In this document: in pieces, positions 38,787-47,345 of the stretch
How the letters are laid out: each line of letters opens with the position of its first letter
Numbering within the stretch: position 1 is the stretch's first letter
From: a virus
Reading direction: 5' to 3' (one strand)
Virus record (IMG/VR): IMGVR_UViG_3300047678_000276
Location: 12,323-76,322 of that record
DNA: 64,000 bases
Translations under genes and position numbers: made by a program
Notes under the pieces: model-generated
The model's input: only the letters and a program-made list of their open reading frames with translations
Databases searched by the model: none
Told to the model about the DNA's origin: nothing

Positions 38787-39128
38787 TTATAATGAAGTTA
38801 GTTGACATTTTTCCCAATAAGTAGGTATAGACCTTTCTAATGTTTTCAAAAGTTCTTTACAAAATTTATCTCCCTTTTTTGCTTTAGACAACATAATAAA
38901 ATGAGAATAGATAGCATTTCTAATAAGAGGGTTTAACTCTTTCATTTGCTCATCAGTTAAATGTTTAACATGAAAGTTCTCTATATTGTTTCTAACTGAC
39001 AAAGCCAAACATTTTGCTACAAATTCTAATACGACTAATTCATCATCAGACAAAAGAGATAAATCGCTAAGCTTCTTTTTTGTTTTTGCTATATCTTTTT
39101 TAAGATTTTTTATGAAGTCTTTTGACAT
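38787..39128 (-). CDS. Hypothetical protein (RN.IENFH...L.D.QMKELN)
   Basis: Class-1 motif. Confidence 0.65.
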   Translation of the reverse strand: MSKDFIKNLKKDIAKTKKKLSDLSLLSDDELVVLEFVAKCLALSVRNNIENFHVKHLTDEQMKELNPLIRNAIYSHFIMLSKAKKGDKFCKELLKTLERSIPTYWEKCQLTSL

Positions 39129-39181
39129 GGTTGGTTGGTTGGTTTAAATGAATAGAAAGAAAAATCCAGGAACTTAAAAAA

Positions 39182-39382
39182 TTATTTCTTAACCTCAACT
39201 CCCATAGATTTATAATACTCCTCACTCGTTAATGGCTTGGCATATGCTCTATGTTTGCAGTCAGGACACTCATAAGAACCATGAAGTCCAATTCCAGCTT
39301 GCCACTCTCCAATGGTTGCATATCTTCCGCATCTGCATCGAGCGTGTGAGCTTGGCATTAAATTGTTGTTGTGTTTACTCAT
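39182..39382 (-). CDS. Small zinc-ribbon protein (CRCG..CPDC)
   Basis: Class-1 motif; two Cys pairs. Confidence 0.6.
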   Translation of the reverse strand: MSKHNNNLMPSSHARCRCGRYATIGEWQAGIGLHGSYECPDCKHRAYAKPLTSEEYYKSMGVEVKK

Positions 39383-39480
39383 GGTTGGTTTGGTTTATCT
39401 ATTGTAATAGAATAAAAAAAAGGGAAACTTAAAAAAATTTCCCTCTCCCAGATAAACAAAAATTTATAAACCCCTCTCCC

Positions 39481-39717
39481 TCAATTCTCAAACATTGGAA
39501 CCGCCACATCAATAATAACAATATCACAATGATGGTCAACCAAATCATCTTGACGATAATTCACAATATCTCCCTCCACAAGCCCATTATCATCCAAAAC
39601 ACTCCCTCCAATAGCAAACTTCTCCCCAGTCATAATATCCTTTAAAATGTGAGTTAAATCACTCCAGAGAAAATTAATCTCTCCCTTTTTGGCTCTTAAT
39701 AGAATTGCTTTTTTCAT
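39481..39717 (-). CDS. Hypothetical protein
   Basis: Class-1 motif. Confidence 0.6.
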   Translation of the reverse strand: MKKAILLRAKKGEINFLWSDLTHILKDIMTGEKFAIGGSVLDDNGLVEGDIVNYRQDDLVDHHCDIVIIDVAVPMFEN

Positions 39718-39971
39718 ATTGGTTGGTTTCTATTGTTATAGATAAATAACCCACCAAAACTTAAAAACTCTCCCTTTGCCATTTGCCCACCTTTTTGGAT
39801 CTACACAAACTCCCACCAAAAGCGCTAACATATAGAAACAATAAGCCATAAACTTAAAAACTCTCCCCAATATAAAGTTATAAACATTCTGTCAACAAAA
39901 AAACCCCAAGCGATCTGCAAGGGGTTTTTAAAACTTAAAAAGAAAGGGGAATTTTAACTCCCCTCACTTTA

Positions 39972-40550
39972 TTAATCTTCGATGATGTAATTTGTACCTT
40001 TGAAAGTAAGTGCGATAATGTTTGTAAGTGTGATTGTTAAGCGAAAGAAATTATTTGCCTCGTCAACCAAACCACGACCCGCTGTCTTTTTTTCAGCGAA
40101 GTAAGCAGGTGCAAACAAATTCTTTGCGATTGCATCCTCCTTAGAGATTTTTTTGCCTTCATTGTATAACCATACATTTACTTTTGCCTTTTTTTCTTGG
40201 TCGCATACCAAATACTCAACATTTGCATTTTTGTTCATAAAGGCTAAACAATTTGAGCCTTCAACAAAAGTCTTTCCACTCATTTCCTGACTTTCAAAAC
40301 CTACTTCATCCCCTTGCTTCTCTAAACGTGTATTAACACGATTTTCGTAATTAGAGCCGATTGTGATGTTTCTGAAAGTTAATTTTTGAAGTAAGCGTTT
40401 ACCCTTTACTACACGACTGCCATATTCATCAGTGAACGCTACAATGTGAGCAAATGTTGTACCCTTGTGCTTTAATAACATTTCACGTAATTCAGCAAGT
40501 GTAATTGTTTTTTGATTTTTTCTTTTACTTGTACGATTGATTTTAGCCAT
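39972..40550 (-). CDS. Hypothetical protein, first gene of the leftward array
   Basis: Preceded by two class-1 and one class-2 promoter motifs. Confidence 0.75.
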   Translation of the reverse strand: MAKINRTSKRKNQKTITLAELREMLLKHKGTTFAHIVAFTDEYGSRVVKGKRLLQKLTFRNITIGSNYENRVNTRLEKQGDEVGFESQEMSGKTFVEGSNCLAFMNKNANVEYLVCDQEKKAKVNVWLYNEGKKISKEDAIAKNLFAPAYFAEKKTAGRGLVDEANNFFRLTITLTNIIALTFKGTNYIIED

Positions 40551-40933
40551 TTTTTCTTTTTTTTAAAGGTTTATATTGTTTGTTTATCTATTGTAATAGA
40601 ACGTTATTTGTTTGAAACTTAAAAACTTTTTTGTTAACCTTATTGCAATAATTATACGAATTAGATACAAATAAGTTACAAAGTAAATTGTTAAAATTTC
40701 AGATTGTCAATTAACGTGTTATCTATTGTAATAGATATAAACCCACCCAAAACTTAAAAACTTTTCTTTTTAAGTTTCACCCAAAAACTATCTATATGTT
40801 AGCACAAAAAAATAACCACATAATGATCAGCGCCAACATATAGAAACAAAAAACAATAAACTTAAAAACTCCTTTTTTTTAAGTTCATATAAAGATTATA
40901 TCTATAACAATAGAAACCAATCAAAACCAAAAT

Positions 40934-41230
40934 ATGAAAAAAATAACCACATTAGAACAATTACAAAAGGCAGTTGAGGGAACAAAATTCGCTCAGGACA
41001 TGACAACCAGCATGAGCGTAAATGGTAACCCAATGCCACACGGATATTGGAATTTAATATGCTCTATTAGAGATTGTAAGCTCTACTCAAAAGGAATTAA
41101 ACCAACTCGCAGTTGGAAGATTTCAGATGTGAAATGGTATTTCAGTGTGAGTGGTAGTGCTGAGAAAATTGCTGAAACTTTGGAGATGTATAAAAATATC
41201 TTAGTGCCAGAGAAAAAAGAAGCTGCTTAA
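40934..41230 (+). CDS. Hypothetical protein
   Basis: Class-1 motif in + orientation at about 40876-40905. Confidence 0.7.
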   Translation: MKKITTLEQLQKAVEGTKFAQDMTTSMSVNGNPMPHGYWNLICSIRDCKLYSKGIKPTRSWKISDVKWYFSVSGSAEKIAETLEMYKNILVPEKKEAA

Positions 41231-41290
41231 TTGCAGTTTCTTTTTAAGTTTCAGTTAGTTTTCTATCTATAACAATAGAAACCAACCAAC

Positions 41291-41479
41291 ATGGCAAAGA
41301 ATAAAAATAAAAAACTAAAAATTACAGCAGAACAAATCTATAACATAGAACGTACTGCTCGCAGACAAGCTGATATTGAAATGGGTGTCCCTTTCTTTAA
41401 ACATAAAGCTCATAAGACTGCAAAAGACTACACACGAAAGCCAAAACATAAAAAATACATTGACAGAGGGGACGAATAA
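41291..41479 (+). CDS. Small basic protein ending K.YTRK.KHK (ArfA-like tail)
   Basis: Class-1 motif in + orientation; 10-bp hairpin 41462-41489 overlaps the stop. Confidence 0.6.
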   Translation: MAKNKNKKLKITAEQIYNIERTARRQADIEMGVPFFKHKAHKTAKDYTRKPKHKKYIDRGDE

Positions 41480-41497
41480 CCCCTCTGTCCTTAGTTA

Positions 41498-41773
41498 AGG
41501 GGTCTATATAAGGCTTTGACTTGACTAGGGGTCTAAAGATAGCCATAAGCCTATTAAGGGTCTTAATATAGGCAATTAGGGGTCTAATTTAGGGGTCTAT
41601 CCTAATGGTGCTAATTTTGCGCCCTAGTTTAAGGTTCTGCCCTGGGGGCCACCCAGGCCTTCACACATTTTTTTCCCAATTTTTTGTCCTAAATTCTCAA
41701 CCAACGAAATAGCCAATATATTAGCTATTTAGACAATATATCGGTTATTTAGACAATATATTAGCTATTTAGA
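41498..41773. repeat. Iteron-like repeats: AGGGGTCTA x4 (plus one variant) and 3 x 20-bp CAATATATTAGCTATTTAGA
   Basis: 41498, 41527, 41556 (variant), 41578, 41591; tandem 41714-41773. Confidence 0.8.
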
Positions 41774-41905
41774 CACCCACCCCCTTTTCCTTTTGACCTC
41801 TAAATAAAGTGATCTGAAAAAAATTTTTCCAAAAAAAATCAGACATAAAAATCCAAAAAAATTATATGTAATTTTTTTTAATGTATTTATATAAAACAAT
41901 ATAAT

Positions 41906-42382
41906 ATGTTTAAGTGTAAAATATGCGGATGCGATGATATAGACATGTTCTATAAAACAAACAAATCTAACTGTAAAGTTTGTATTTCTAAACAAATGAA
42001 AACAAAATATACAACAATGTCTGCTTCAGACAAAAATGCATATAAAAATAAGCAAACAGTCTGGCAAGAAAACAATATGTTAAAATATAGAATGTTAGTA
42101 GCAAAAGATAGGGCCAAAAAGAAAAAGATAGCATTCGATATTACAGAAGATTTTCTTTATGAATTATGGGATTTACAAAAAGGCAAGTGTTATTATTCTA
42201 AAATAGATTTAAGTCAAAAAATAAAAGACTTACATTCTGTGTCAATAGATAGAAAAGATAGCAATATTGGGTACACCACGCAAAATACAGTCCTGTGTTC
42301 TAGTATAGTTAATAGCATGAAAAATGATTTAGATATTAATAAATTTAAAGAAGTAGTTAATATTCTACATAACAATCTTTAA
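41906..42382 (+). CDS. HNH-like endonuclease
   Basis: CKIC..CKVC; Q.GKCYYS..SIDR.DS..GYT..N.VLC...VN.MK; TATTTAT upstream. Confidence 0.75.
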   Translation: MFKCKICGCDDIDMFYKTNKSNCKVCISKQMKTKYTTMSASDKNAYKNKQTVWQENNMLKYRMLVAKDRAKKKKIAFDITEDFLYELWDLQKGKCYYSKIDLSQKIKDLHSVSIDRKDSNIGYTTQNTVLCSSIVNSMKNDLDINKFKEVVNILHNNL

Positions 42383-42386
42383 TTAA

Positions 42387-42544
42387 GCGATTATTTTCTA
42401 CTAAGACGACAAGTAATGTCGGAAATGGCGATTATTTTCCACTAAGAGGCTCTTTTAGGCGAATATTTTCTATTATACCGAATCTGTATAGTTTATATGC
42501 AATGGCGTATAATTATACCAAATCTGTATAGTTTATATGCATGG
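42387..42544. repeat. Direct repeats GCGATTATTTTCYACTAAGA (x2 plus partial) and TTATACCRAATCTGTATAGTTTATATGCA (x2)
   Basis: 42387, 42428, 42459; 42473, 42513. Confidence 0.8.
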
Positions 42545-42613
42545 ACATATAATCTTGTCACGGTTCAGCGTCTTATAAGATGTCACGCTTAGGTATATAT
42601 ATAAAAAGACCAT

Positions 42614-42799
42614 ATGAAAAAAGAAAAAGAACAATTTGCCCAAGCCTTATTAAAGGCCATGAGGAGTTATGGGTATCTCTTCCCACAAACAGAGGACGAA
42701 GTAGAATTATTTTACAAGACATTCGGCCATGAAAAGGCAGAATTGCCAGAGTCTCTAAAAGACGCAAGCTTCTTATTTAAGGAGAAGATTCGAAAATAG
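42614..42799 (+). CDS. Hypothetical protein
   Basis: Short ORF with A-rich start. Confidence 0.5.
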   Translation: MKKEKEQFAQALLKAMRSYGYLFPQTEDEVELFYKTFGHEKAELPESLKDASFLFKEKIRK

Positions 42800-42930
42800 G
42801 CCACCCCTTTTTCTTTTCACTTATTTTAAAAGGTGTCCCAAAAAAATTTTTTTCCAAAATTTTGAGGTTAAAAATCTAGGATAGGGGTTTTTCTTATTAT
42901 TTATCTGTAAACAAATTAACCCAAATAAAC

Positions 42931-44487
42931 ATGACAACACAACCAATCCAATTTAACATTGTAAATCTTAGAAATCTTGTAGAAGATAACTTAGATTTAA
43001 ACTTTGCCATTACTTCAAATAATGGTCCTAGTGACCCTGCCACAACTATCGTATCTAATTCTTCTGTGGCTATTCAAATGAATACTTCTTATCCTTTATC
43101 TGTCTTTACAGGCGATACAATGGAACTTGGAATGAATTTCATAAATTCAGGAAGAATGTATTTTGGTTATGGTGAATTGCCAACTAATGTATCGGGTTCA
43201 ACTGCTCCAATTCCTGAAGGTCAACAATATTATGGTTGGATTGAATTTTCTAGAAAGGCAACTGATATGTGCTTGTGGATAAACTTATCTAATGTGGATA
43301 TTGTAGGTCTTCCAATTTCTTTATCTTCTTCAACTTGGTCTTTAGGCTATAAAAATCCAGTTACTGCCATTACAAATACTCTAGCAACTGCTTACCCTGG
43401 ATGTTCTGTGGTGTGTAGTGGAGGAACCAAGACAAAGATTGTGGCGCCAGGGATAAACAATGCACCATATCCAAGTTTTAGTGATTATCTTTCAAATTTA
43501 TATAATTCAGGTGTTGACCTATGTATTAATTCAGATACATTATCTGATGGAACTCAAAAGCAGTTCGTTGGTTATTTTATGGGATGGGATCCAGAGCCTT
43601 GTATTTTCCTTGAAAGTAATTCAGGGGACACTTTTATATTATCTTTCAATCAATTTACAAATGATATTGTTTATAGGGGTGATGGCGGAACTATTACATA
43701 TAACGGAGTGGTTATAGACCAAAACAGGGCAGGCGGAAGTGATGATGTTATTTCATCAAACTCTGTATTTAGAAATTTGGTTATTGGGATGAATGAGGGG
43801 TATTTTGAATCTAATCCTACTTATTCTGATGGGATTAACTATAGCATGAATTATTCTTATCTTAAGCCTTTTGGTGATAATGGAGATAAAGGAAGTATGT
43901 ATGCAAAGATTATACATGAGAATTCAAATTCTTATGGTTTTGCTTATTCTGATTCAAATTTAAAAACATTAATACAATCTCCTTTGAACCAAGTTGTGAC
44001 TCTATACATTGTAAAGGATGATGATGCTAGTGGATTATGTTATAAGGATGATGAGAGTTCTACAACAAATTGTCCAGGACTTGGATCTACATATATTAGT
44101 TTTGGTCAGAATTCAGATTCTCTTGGTAATATTAGAATTGGTAATTGTAATTATCCTGCTACACAACCTTTAGTTGGAACTTCAGGTGTATTACCTTGGG
44201 TTGACGGTTATGTTCACGTTCGCTTTATGGGAACTATTGGAGCTGATGGCAAGCCGAATTACATATTGGTTAACACAAAGACTCTTGACTTTATCGTAAC
44301 AGATGAAAATGGTAATGCATGCTTGACAGGAGGCAATCCAACGATTACCAATGTTCAGAATTCTCAGGGGCAAGTTATTGGTCAGGAATTAAGTTGGGGA
44401 GCTAATATAACTTGGAATCTAGGAGCGGGTAATGCTTATTTAGCGCCACCAGCACCAAGTCCAAGTCCAAGCGGAATGCCTAATTAA
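42931..44487 (+). CDS. GH64-like beta-1,3-glucanase
   Basis: SGRMYF, WIEFS..LWINLSNVDIVGLP (Glu/Asp pair), IVAPG, YAKIIH..YGFAYSD. Confidence 0.65.
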   Translation: MTTQPIQFNIVNLRNLVEDNLDLNFAITSNNGPSDPATTIVSNSSVAIQMNTSYPLSVFTGDTMELGMNFINSGRMYFGYGELPTNVSGSTAPIPEGQQYYGWIEFSRKATDMCLWINLSNVDIVGLPISLSSSTWSLGYKNPVTAITNTLATAYPGCSVVCSGGTKTKIVAPGINNAPYPSFSDYLSNLYNSGVDLCINSDTLSDGTQKQFVGYFMGWDPEPCIFLESNSGDTFILSFNQFTNDIVYRGDGGTITYNGVVIDQNRAGGSDDVISSNSVFRNLVIGMNEGYFESNPTYSDGINYSMNYSYLKPFGDNGDKGSMYAKIIHENSNSYGFAYSDSNLKTLIQSPLNQVVTLYIVKDDDASGLCYKDDESSTTNCPGLGSTYISFGQNSDSLGNIRIGNCNYPATQPLVGTSGVLPWVDGYVHVRFMGTIGADGKPNYILVNTKTLDFIVTDENGNACLTGGNPTITNVQNSQGQVIGQELSWGANITWNLGAGNAYLAPPAPSPSPSGMPN

Positions 44488-44491
44488 AATT

Positions 44492-45112
44492 ATGAATCTT
44501 AGGAAAATCATAAGGGGTATATTAAACGAGAGCAAGTTTGGGATGTCGTGGGCTTCGCCCATTGATGAGGCTATGGTTGCTCATGGTAATGTTGGTTCTG
44601 ATGTGGCATTATTTATTAAGGGCAATGGCACAGTGCGAGATATGACTTTATATGATCCTAAGGAAAATAAGGTATATGGTCATATTGGCATTCATAAATT
44701 GTCCAGCGGTAATTGGGCTGTTGGAGGAGTTGCAGCTGAGCGTGGATATGGGCCATTATTATATGAGCTTGCTATGACTTATGTTTACCCTACTGGACTT
44801 ATGCCGACAAGAGATGGTGATGTTCGTGGTGTGGCTGAAGGTGTGTGGAAAAAATTCTTGGGTAGGGATGATGTTAGAAAGGAATTTATTGAAGAAGGGG
44901 ATTCTGATTTTCCTATTAGATATTATGAAGACATGGGAGGGCTTGAGGAGAATCCTGGTTCTGAGTTTATGTATAATAGATTTTATTATGATGGCGCAGG
45001 GGATTTATTGAAGAGGTTAAAAAGGAAGATGTTTGAGTATTTGAGAGCAGGGGTTTCTATAAAGGATGTAGATAGGAAGGGTAATGAGTATTGGTTAGAG
45101 AAATACGATTGA
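44492..45112 (+). CDS. Tagged GNAT-like protein
   Basis: MNLRKIIRGILNE tag; VAAERGYGPLLYE; paralog of 56161-56853. Confidence 0.6.
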   Translation: MNLRKIIRGILNESKFGMSWASPIDEAMVAHGNVGSDVALFIKGNGTVRDMTLYDPKENKVYGHIGIHKLSSGNWAVGGVAAERGYGPLLYELAMTYVYPTGLMPTRDGDVRGVAEGVWKKFLGRDDVRKEFIEEGDSDFPIRYYEDMGGLEENPGSEFMYNRFYYDGAGDLLKRLKRKMFEYLRAGVSIKDVDRKGNEYWLEKYD

Positions 45113-45277
45113 TGAAGTGAAATTAGGATGGGACTCTGGGAAAAAAATATGCGGGTGCCGCCTTCGGCGAAAAAAATGAATATTTATAAAAAAGGAAAAA
45201 TAAAGATAATGGCGACCTAAATAAAAAACAAACTCTTTTAACCCTCTGAAAAAACAGGGGGTTTTTAATTTACAAAA

Positions 45278-45592
45278 ATGAAATATTGGGTGACCATATT
45301 ATTTATCTTATTTTCATTCCTTGCTTATTCTCAGAGTGGCGGAAGGATGAAAGAGAGAAAGAATCAAAAGAGACTTGTGCATCACATTGCAAAGAGTGGA
45401 TGGCATTACAATCCGACAAGACCTGGCAAGACTCAAAACTACAGAAGAGAGGGGAGAAAATTATTTCATCGAAGCATGACAAGAGGGGAAGTATTTAGGT
45501 CCAAGTATCAAACTAGGATAAACAGGGATAGGGCGAGAAAAAGAGTGAGGGGTAATTTGGTATTTGCTAAAAAGAAATATAAGAGAGTTTAG
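45278..45592 (+). CDS. Signal-peptide basic protein
   Basis: MKYWVTILFILFSFLAYS then Arg/Lys-rich. Confidence 0.6.
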   Translation: MKYWVTILFILFSFLAYSQSGGRMKERKNQKRLVHHIAKSGWHYNPTRPGKTQNYRREGRKLFHRSMTRGEVFRSKYQTRINRDRARKRVRGNLVFAKKKYKRV

Positions 45593-46341
45593 GATTCTTT
45601 TCTCTCTTGATTCATATTTATGTTTTGCATTTTGGGTGATAAGTTTTGATCACCATAGCCAAGGTCAAACATGGCGAGGTTTCCGCTTTTTTTAATTCCA
45701 AGATTTGAAACTCCCCAATCTGTTGATTTTATTTTCCATCCTTTTAATTCTTCTATAATACCGAACATTCCTGTCATGAACCATATAGTTTTCTCAGCGT
45801 CCATATTATTGGAATATTCTGATCTTGCAAAATTACGAATTTCTTTTTTGTATTCTTTTATTTGGTTTTGATCTACGTGACCATCTATTGCATCTTGAAA
45901 TATCCACCAAAGAGAATGCCCAAATGTACCTTCAACAAAATCAGATAACCAATCACGACCATTATCAATATCTTCGCTCTTATCTAGAAGCTCAGAGATG
46001 ATGACATAGGTTCCTTCGTATTTTCCATGGAGTGCATATACATCATATACATTTGCAAGATGTTTTAAATTCTTGCCCTTGATCTTAAACGCTTCTACAG
46101 CTTCAGATTTATCCTTGGTGATTTTTAGAACTTTGTTGTTTGGAATATAATAGGCAAATCCGCCTGTTCCTTGACCTAATGGAGCGACTTTTGATATACC
46201 TAGGTGTTTGGTTAGCTTATTTAAGATCTCTGTCTCTTGACCCTTAAATTGATCAACGGGAGACCCTTCTTCAATCTTCTTCCAAGTTGTGTAATAACTT
46301 TCTTTGATGGTGGTTCTAACTATCTTTCTTATGGATTGCAT
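45589..46341 (-). CDS. Tagged protein-kinase-like protein
   Basis: GQGTGG, VLKIT, E, DWGVSN (DxxxxN), FDLG (DFG-like). Confidence 0.7.
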   Translation of the reverse strand: MQSIRKIVRTTIKESYYTTWKKIEEGSPVDQFKGQETEILNKLTKHLGISKVAPLGQGTGGFAYYIPNNKVLKITKDKSEAVEAFKIKGKNLKHLANVYDVYALHGKYEGTYVIISELLDKSEDIDNGRDWLSDFVEGTFGHSLWWIFQDAIDGHVDQNQIKEYKKEIRNFARSEYSNNMDAEKTIWFMTGMFGIIEELKGWKIKSTDWGVSNLGIKKSGNLAMFDLGYGDQNLSPKMQNINMNQERKES

Positions 46342-46486
46342 CTTAAGAATAAATAGCTGAAAATTTAAGAAGATTTAAAGGCTTTTAGTAAGCTATATGT
46401 CGGGATTTGTCTTATAATAATATATTTTATTAACAATTTGTTAATATGATTATTTTGTTGTATATTTATAAATAAAGGAGGTTAAA

Positions 46487-46756
46487 ATGAAAACTATGAA
46501 AACAGTTTTGTTCTGCCTTATGTTAACGCTATTATTTTCTGGATTTAGATTTAAAGAAAAAAGCACATCAAGAGTTCTTCTTGTTTTGGAGAATGTCAAT
46601 AAAAAAGAAAGTTTCTCAATGTTCTCAATACAAGAAGTGAATGGTATTTTTGTTGGGACCAATATTGATGAGTACAAAGTTGCGGATGGTATTTATTATA
46701 TCACAGGCACATCAAATGATAAATTCTATCACAAGAAGATTATCGTTGTTTCTTAA
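46487..46756 (+). CDS. Signal peptide plus T9SS C-terminal-domain-like mini-protein
   Basis: Hydrophobic N-terminus; ends DGIYYI..YHKKIIVVS. Confidence 0.55.
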   Translation: MKTMKTVLFCLMLTLLFSGFRFKEKSTSRVLLVLENVNKKESFSMFSIQEVNGIFVGTNIDEYKVADGIYYITGTSNDKFYHKKIIVVS

Positions 46757-46979
46757 ATAGGGCTATCACAGCTAGTACAGACCAAATGAAGTTTACGATT
46801 GCAGGGGGATAAGACTCTTTGTAAAGGGAAAATATTGTGAGCGTAATCCCTCCGATCAGGTTGGCCACTTTGTATTTTAATGATAGGGGACTTATTTTAT
46901 TTAGAGCAACAAAAGAATAGGCCCACATAACGAGTGCTGATCCAATCCAACCTGTTGCTTCTAGAATATAATTAATCAT
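46740..46979 (-). CDS. CBU_0592-like small membrane protein
   Basis: GWIGS.LV..AY..Y...NL.G...YP...VN..W; 3 TM segments. Confidence 0.65.
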   Translation of the reverse strand: MINYILEATGWIGSALVMWAYSFVALNKISPLSLKYKVANLIGGITLTIFSLYKESYPPAIVNFIWSVLAVIALFKKQR

Positions 46980-47135
46980 TTTAAGAGAAAGTAAAATATA
47001 GCAAAGACAACAATTGTGGTCACAACTGTAAGAATTGCGCCTGGGAAACTTTCTTCCAGCTCTTCATTGGTTGCATAAATTCCAAATCTAATCAGATTCC
47101 AATTTCTTTCTTCGTCTTTGTTTTTGAATTCCATG

Positions 47136-47345
47136 TTAATAAATATGCGTTATTTCTCTTCCGTCAGGATAACCTATTCTTATCCAAGCTGCTTGTCTAA
47201 ACTCTTTGATAATCATTCCTTTAAAATGTTTATTAAGGAGTTTGTTTGCTTCTTCCCAACTGTATGCGGTAAAGTCTTTTTTTTGGGTTATTCCTGGTGA
47301 GTCTGGATGTGAATATTCGACTCTATACATTTTTAAATCATTCAT
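47136..47345 (-). CDS. Hypothetical protein
   Basis: Overlaps the stop of 47338-47790. Confidence 0.5.
   Translation of the reverse strand: MNDLKMYRVEYSHPDSPGITQKKDFTAYSWEEANKLLNKHFKGMIIKEFRQAAWIRIGYPDGREITHIY

Larger units (their letters stand above)
2200..41290. promoter_or_regulatory. About 90 copies of the class-1 phage promoter-like motif TTTTAAGTT-N14/15-TCTAT, roughly one per gene
   Basis: Appears on + as ATAGA-N14/15-AACTTAAAA upstream of minus-strand genes (e.g. 3035-3063, 4856-4885, 9199-9228) and in the opposite orientation before + genes 40934 and 41291. Confidence 0.85.

Noticed and set aside
1491-39432. Numerous + strand ORFs of 60-140 aa in the ORF track
   Set aside because: They are antisense shadows of minus-strand genes with Ser/Phe/Ile-rich composition and no promoter motif.
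7137-40870. Integron attC cassette array (GTTRGC resembles GTTRRRY)
   Set aside because: No integrase in the window and no RYYYAAC..GTTRRRY palindromes after genes. Fixed spacing, orientation tied to genes and the 6-nt distance to ATG fit promoters better.
2200-41290. Repeated motif read as a CRISPR array
   Set aside because: The repeats have a variable interior and are separated by whole genes of 150-1000 bp; no cas genes in the window.
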